Assembly (NCBI RefSeq): GCF_032062105.1
Contig: NW_026920828.1
Location: 186,001-250,000, forward strand
Source of the DNA: Saccostrea cucullata
Lineage: Eukaryota
Length of the DNA stretch: 64,000 nucleotides
Direction of reading: 5' to 3'
The notes under the pieces are model-generated. The model saw only the letters and a program-made list of their open reading frames with translations, was not told where the DNA came from and did not search any database. The translations under genes were made by a program, and so were the position numbers. Within the stretch, counting starts at the first letter, position 1. The number at the start of each line of letters is the position of its first letter. Positions 59,970-64,000 of the stretch are shown in pieces.

Positions 59970-61637
59970 TTAACGCGCTAGGCGCCTTTTGATGGTATAG
60001 GTAAAGAGACACTTTTCAGATGCTCGCATCTTATCTCGTTCCCTTGACACATTTTGCCAAAATACGGTTGAATTGATTTGCCTGATGTATTTACACTGTG
60101 GAGACAATAGAGCATGCTTATAACGAGGGTCATCCCACTTCATCCAGTTCCTAAAACCATGCCCACAGTAGAAACAACACACTTTATCTTCCAGTCTGGT
60201 GTAGTATAATCCAGCATCCGCCATCTTTAAGGCGTGTGGGAGTTCCCCGTGGTTCCAAGTTTGGTATGAGATAAGTCGATCCAGAAATCTTACAAATCGT
60301 AAGTTATAGACCCTGCGCGGAGTACTCTTCCCAAATCTACTCTGATAAATGAAGTCAGGTGTTTTATTCTGTCGTATAAATGGACAGTTGTAATACCATT
60401 TAGCATGTCGCTTCCAGGGGTCCTCATGTGGCTTAAAGTCCCAGTCCACTCCATTACAATAAAAACAACGCAAAATTACACCATTCTGTTCACAAAAGTA
60501 CCCTGCTTCAGCGAACTCCTCTTTGGAAGGTGGCGGACTGGCATGCCAAGTTTGAAAACTGTCCAGCCTTGCATCGTAGGAAACGAATTGTGGATGAGCC
60601 GCTATCTCTGGAATAATTTCCACCAATGCGTCATGAATCAAGAATCGACATTTGTCTCTTATGTTTCGGGATTTCGGAATACCCTCGACATTGTACATTA
60701 TATCGGTCAAGTAATGATCACTTCTTGCTCTTAAAACCATTCTCATTAATTCATTGAACTCTTTAACGTCACTCTCAGTTTCTCGACATATCAAATCATC
60801 TTCCAGAGATACCTCTAATGTTACACTTGTTAACTCATTTGGTAATTCTCCCATGTTTTGCCTGAAAATGTTTGCTATTTGATAGGGCCTAGAGGCATAT
60901 GTTCTAAAGGCATTCATAGACAAGGAAACAGTTTCTCCACTGATTTGAATACCCAAAGTTTCCACGGCGAGATGGAAAGCCATCGATCGACCACTTTGGT
61001 TGAGAAAGTGGCATAGATTAAGCGCCATTGGGGTCAGAAGAAACGCATGCACTTCTTTTATTTGGGCTTCTTTCAGCTCTTTTTCAAATATGTTTGCAGC
61101 TGCTTCTAGGGAATTTACAGCAGTGTCATTGTTGGGTTTCGAGGTACTTTGAGAAGTTTTTGCATTTGAATCAATCGACCCAACAAGTATATCCATCCAG
61201 TTTTTTGGGTGGTCATAAATATTCAGGGGTTTAACGAGGACCAATACCTCTGGAAGCTCACATATTTCGAGTCGGACTGGAATCAAACAATCCGGATCAT
61301 CCTCTTTGTCCCTTGACAAGTCTTCATGCACTGCGTAATTCGCCCTCAGTAGACTTTTCTTACATGATAAGAATTCGTTGTTGAGAATAATGACGATTTT
61401 TAACGCTTTTCTCATATTTTGAAGGACCGACCCTAGAATGTTTTCTCCAGGGCACACGTCTCTCTCCTCATAAAAACATATAAATCCAATCTTTTCTAAG
61501 TTTCCCACCGTTTCTCGTACCCAAGCTAAAGCCATATGATGATAAATAAAATAAATGTGATGGTACTTTCCATATCGTAAGACTCTTGTATGACGAGCAA
61601 CTGATGGGACATATCTTGTTAACATTGAGGCTTCCAT
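59970..61637 (-). CDS. Intronless IAP-like protein: N-terminal TIR domain, uncharacterised middle region, two BIR domains, no RING
   Basis: 555-aa ORF. TIR-like box motifs (HIYFIY..WV..L...GF.C...RDVCPG.NI...V..NM...KIVIILNNEFL...LIPVRL). Two perfect C-x2-C-x16-H-x6-C BIR signatures (CFYC..DPWKRHAKWYYNC; CFYC..DPRYKHALLSPQC), each preceded by RL.S[FY]QTW and [EA]AG[YL][FY]. Confidence 0.88.
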   Translation of the reverse strand: MEASMLTRYVPSVARHTRVLRYGKYHHIYFIYHHMALAWVRETVGNLEKIGFICFYEERDVCPGENILGSVLQNMRKALKIVIILNNEFLSCKKSLLRANYAVHEDLSRDKEDDPDCLIPVRLEICELPEVLVLVKPLNIYDHPKNWMDILVGSIDSNAKTSQSTSKPNNDTAVNSLEAAANIFEKELKEAQIKEVHAFLLTPMALNLCHFLNQSGRSMAFHLAVETLGIQISGETVSLSMNAFRTYASRPYQIANIFRQNMGELPNELTSVTLEVSLEDDLICRETESDVKEFNELMRMVLRARSDHYLTDIMYNVEGIPKSRNIRDKCRFLIHDALVEIIPEIAAHPQFVSYDARLDSFQTWHASPPPSKEEFAEAGYFCEQNGVILRCFYCNGVDWDFKPHEDPWKRHAKWYYNCPFIRQNKTPDFIYQSRFGKSTPRRVYNLRFVRFLDRLISYQTWNHGELPHALKMADAGLYYTRLEDKVCCFYCGHGFRNWMKWDDPRYKHALLSPQCKYIRQINSTVFWQNVSRERDKMRASEKCLFTYTIKRRLAR

Positions 61638-63524
61638 ATCATACCCGTTATAAGGTATTCTTGTTCATGTCAATTTTTTATCAATTCTTCATACTTCCTC
61701 TTCCGTTAAAAAAATGATTTCAATTGTTTGCGTCACCCACGCAAGAGTTACGACCTATGACACTTATATATCTCGCCTCAAATTATACTAAGAAATTTTT
61801 ATACATGTCCATTTACCTTTAAATTGCATTGAAACCATCTCAAGCGTCACATTGCACAGCAAATTATAATACATGTACAAAATCAGGGTAATGGCAATTA
61901 AGCCGTCTTTTGAAGTTCTTTGCTAAAACCATTAGAATGGCAAAACTAGACCAGTAATATTAATTTCGTTTACAGGACTCAGTATTTTTTTTTTTTTTTT
62001 TTGTATTTCGATGGTAATTTAATTTCATACGTTGTCTCACAGTTTGTATGATAACTTAAGTTTGAAGTCGTTGAATAAGAATGGAATAAAATATGTGTGC
62101 CTTAAATCACTAATTTTAGAAGGGCCAAAATTTAGGGAGCCTAGATCTTTCAACCGACGTCTTCCTTTTATAAATGAAATATGGAAATAACGAAAGAAGT
62201 CAAGCTCAAAGTCCATGGAAACAGTACAAGTCAGGAGCAGATCAAACGCAGACCTCTAAAACACCGCATGTGGGATCAGGTGCCATGAACGAGTAAGCAT
62301 TCCATGTAGACCGATCACATCCGCCACCTGCGCTCCTTCTCATGATCGGGCAAATTAAAAAAATCGGTAAACAGTTAAGTGTGTAACTTAATTATAGATT
62401 GTATTTGCCGACAAGATCATTGTATCGACCATAGAACTTATGGAATGATGACTTTAATCGAAATTTAAGCGATCTGTTAATAACGGCGTAATGGGAATTC
62501 TGACATGTTTGGAAAACTTGATCTCCGAATCTACTGTAGATGATATCAATCAGAAACTCAAGCATCTTTTTAAAATCAACTTCAGATTACTTGTGTGTAC
62601 AAAGAGAATGTTAACAAAATAATTTTGCAGATGACCAATGACGAGGTAAGTTTATTTAAGCGTTCCATTTTTACTGAAAGAGCAGCTGTCTATGATGTTA
62701 AGAAACCTGAACATTAATTTATTGTGTAACCGAGCAGTAAGGCAGATGTTATGTTTTCATAATTTATTCAGGAAATAAAGGCATTGATCTAAAATAAACA
62801 AAGTACATAATAAGTCAAAATTACAAAAATTGAGAAAATAACGTATGAGATAATATACCTTACAGTATACGTTTAAGAAAAATGAACTCTATGAAAAATT
62901 GTGTTCTGTAAACAATTCAAATTGAAACCTTACAGACTCATTTCATTTACAACTTTGAATGCAAAAATACAATAAAGTAAAAAGTTTGCAATCAAAATAA
63001 TAACTTAAATCAAATCATTACATGGCAATGAAACACATAATTAAATATACACGTTATATACCTTAAGAAGCGTATGATGGACACTGGATTTAAAATATAC
63101 TTATCTCTGGAAAACGTATTACTGCTCTGATATACAAGGTAAAGCGCGGTAAATTTATACTTATAATGAAAATGTACTATTGGATGAAAAAATAGTAAAT
63201 AACCAATCAAATGAAAGAGCCAATGAAATCATAGAATAAAACTTTACTCAGGCAACTCAATCCAGGTGCGCAATAGAACTTTTAGTTAATCAAATTTTAA
63301 GATTATATTTCTCAAAACGATATGAAAAAATAAATAAAAACGAATAAATACATATAGAAATAGATTTCATAATGTCACAATTGTAACATGATGTAATCAC
63401 ATGTAGTTAATATAGTACACGGTTAAAAGTATTCGTATTTGTGGCTTTCGGGAGCCAGAAAGAATCAATATCTACATTGTCCTTGAATATATATGTAGGA
63501 AATTAGGCTGGACTGAGAACATCA

Positions 63525-63597
63525 GCCTGGATATCTCAGTGGTTAGAGCACCTGACTAGAAATACAGGGGTCCCGGGTTCGATTCCCGGTCCAGCCA
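63525..63597 (+). pseudogene. tRNA-like sequence (tRNA pseudogene or SINE head), AGA at the anticodon position
   Basis: Box A TATCTCAGTGGTTAGAGC, T-arm CCGGGTTCGATTCCCGG. Mismatched acceptor and D stems; lacks the long variable arm expected of tRNA-Ser. Confidence 0.6.
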
Positions 63598-63661
63598 TAT
63601 GTTTACAATATATATGTATTTATGAATTTTCAATGTATGTTTACTCATTCCTCCTTTCCAT

Positions 63662-63666
<5 letters not shown>

Positions 63667-63742
<76 letters not shown>
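63667..63742. repeat. (TA)n microsatellite
   Basis: ~38 uninterrupted TA units. Confidence 0.98.
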
Positions 63743-63747
<5 letters not shown>

Positions 63748-64000
63748 CCTTGACTTTAGCTCTGATCAACCATACTAATTTAGTACTCACCATTTACCAG
63801 CACTGCATAGTCTTGGTGATTTTAACAAATAAAACCAAATAGCCTTCATCTTGAGGTTATAATCTGAGTGTTGTCACCGTTGTTGTGTATAAAACAAAGC
63901 ACTATCATAGACCTAAATTGAAATCTAGATCTAGATGACACTACCAAAGTGTATCCTCAGATATACAACAGCCAAATAAGTGTATTGTCAAAGTGGTTTA

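Noticed and set aside
63525-63597. Functional tRNA-Ser(AGA)
   Set aside because: No long variable arm, mismatches in the acceptor and D stems, and an irregular anticodon stem. More consistent with a tRNA-derived repeat or pseudogene.
63633-63842. ORF with a YIYIYI run
   Set aside because: Translation of the (TA)n microsatellite.

Overview
This is an AT-rich, intron-containing eukaryotic (animal) genomic window. Its repeat families and gene content point to an oyster-like bivalve mollusc (inferred). Genes: (1) HLTF-like SNF2/HIRAN/RING helicase on the - strand, running off the left edge; (2) ACBD3/GCP60, head-to-head with it on the + strand; (3) two tandem intronless Tctex1-domain genes; (4) DPY30; (5) an intronless TIR + 2xBIR IAP-like ORF; (6) a candidate 4-exon, 50-aa microprotein gene divergent from DPY30 that the ORF track does not show. 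Mobile DNA includes an inverted-pLTR Penelope-like element with candidate minimal hammerhead ribozymes and a nested TTAA MITE, a decayed RLE-type non-LTR retrotransposon, Helentron-type elements carrying 166-bp satellite, and several MITEs with TSDs. Most notable observations: HLTF begins with a histone-H3-tail mimic (MARTKQTSR) and carries a double-zinc-ribbon plus PAM2-like insertion; ACBD3 has a pair of duplicated, obligately mutually exclusive exons over its MWT/GOLD entry segment; at least six minisatellites are built from exon/intron junctions, i.e. amplified splice sites; and the TIR-BIR-BIR architecture. Exon boundaries were read by eye and may be off by a few bases.
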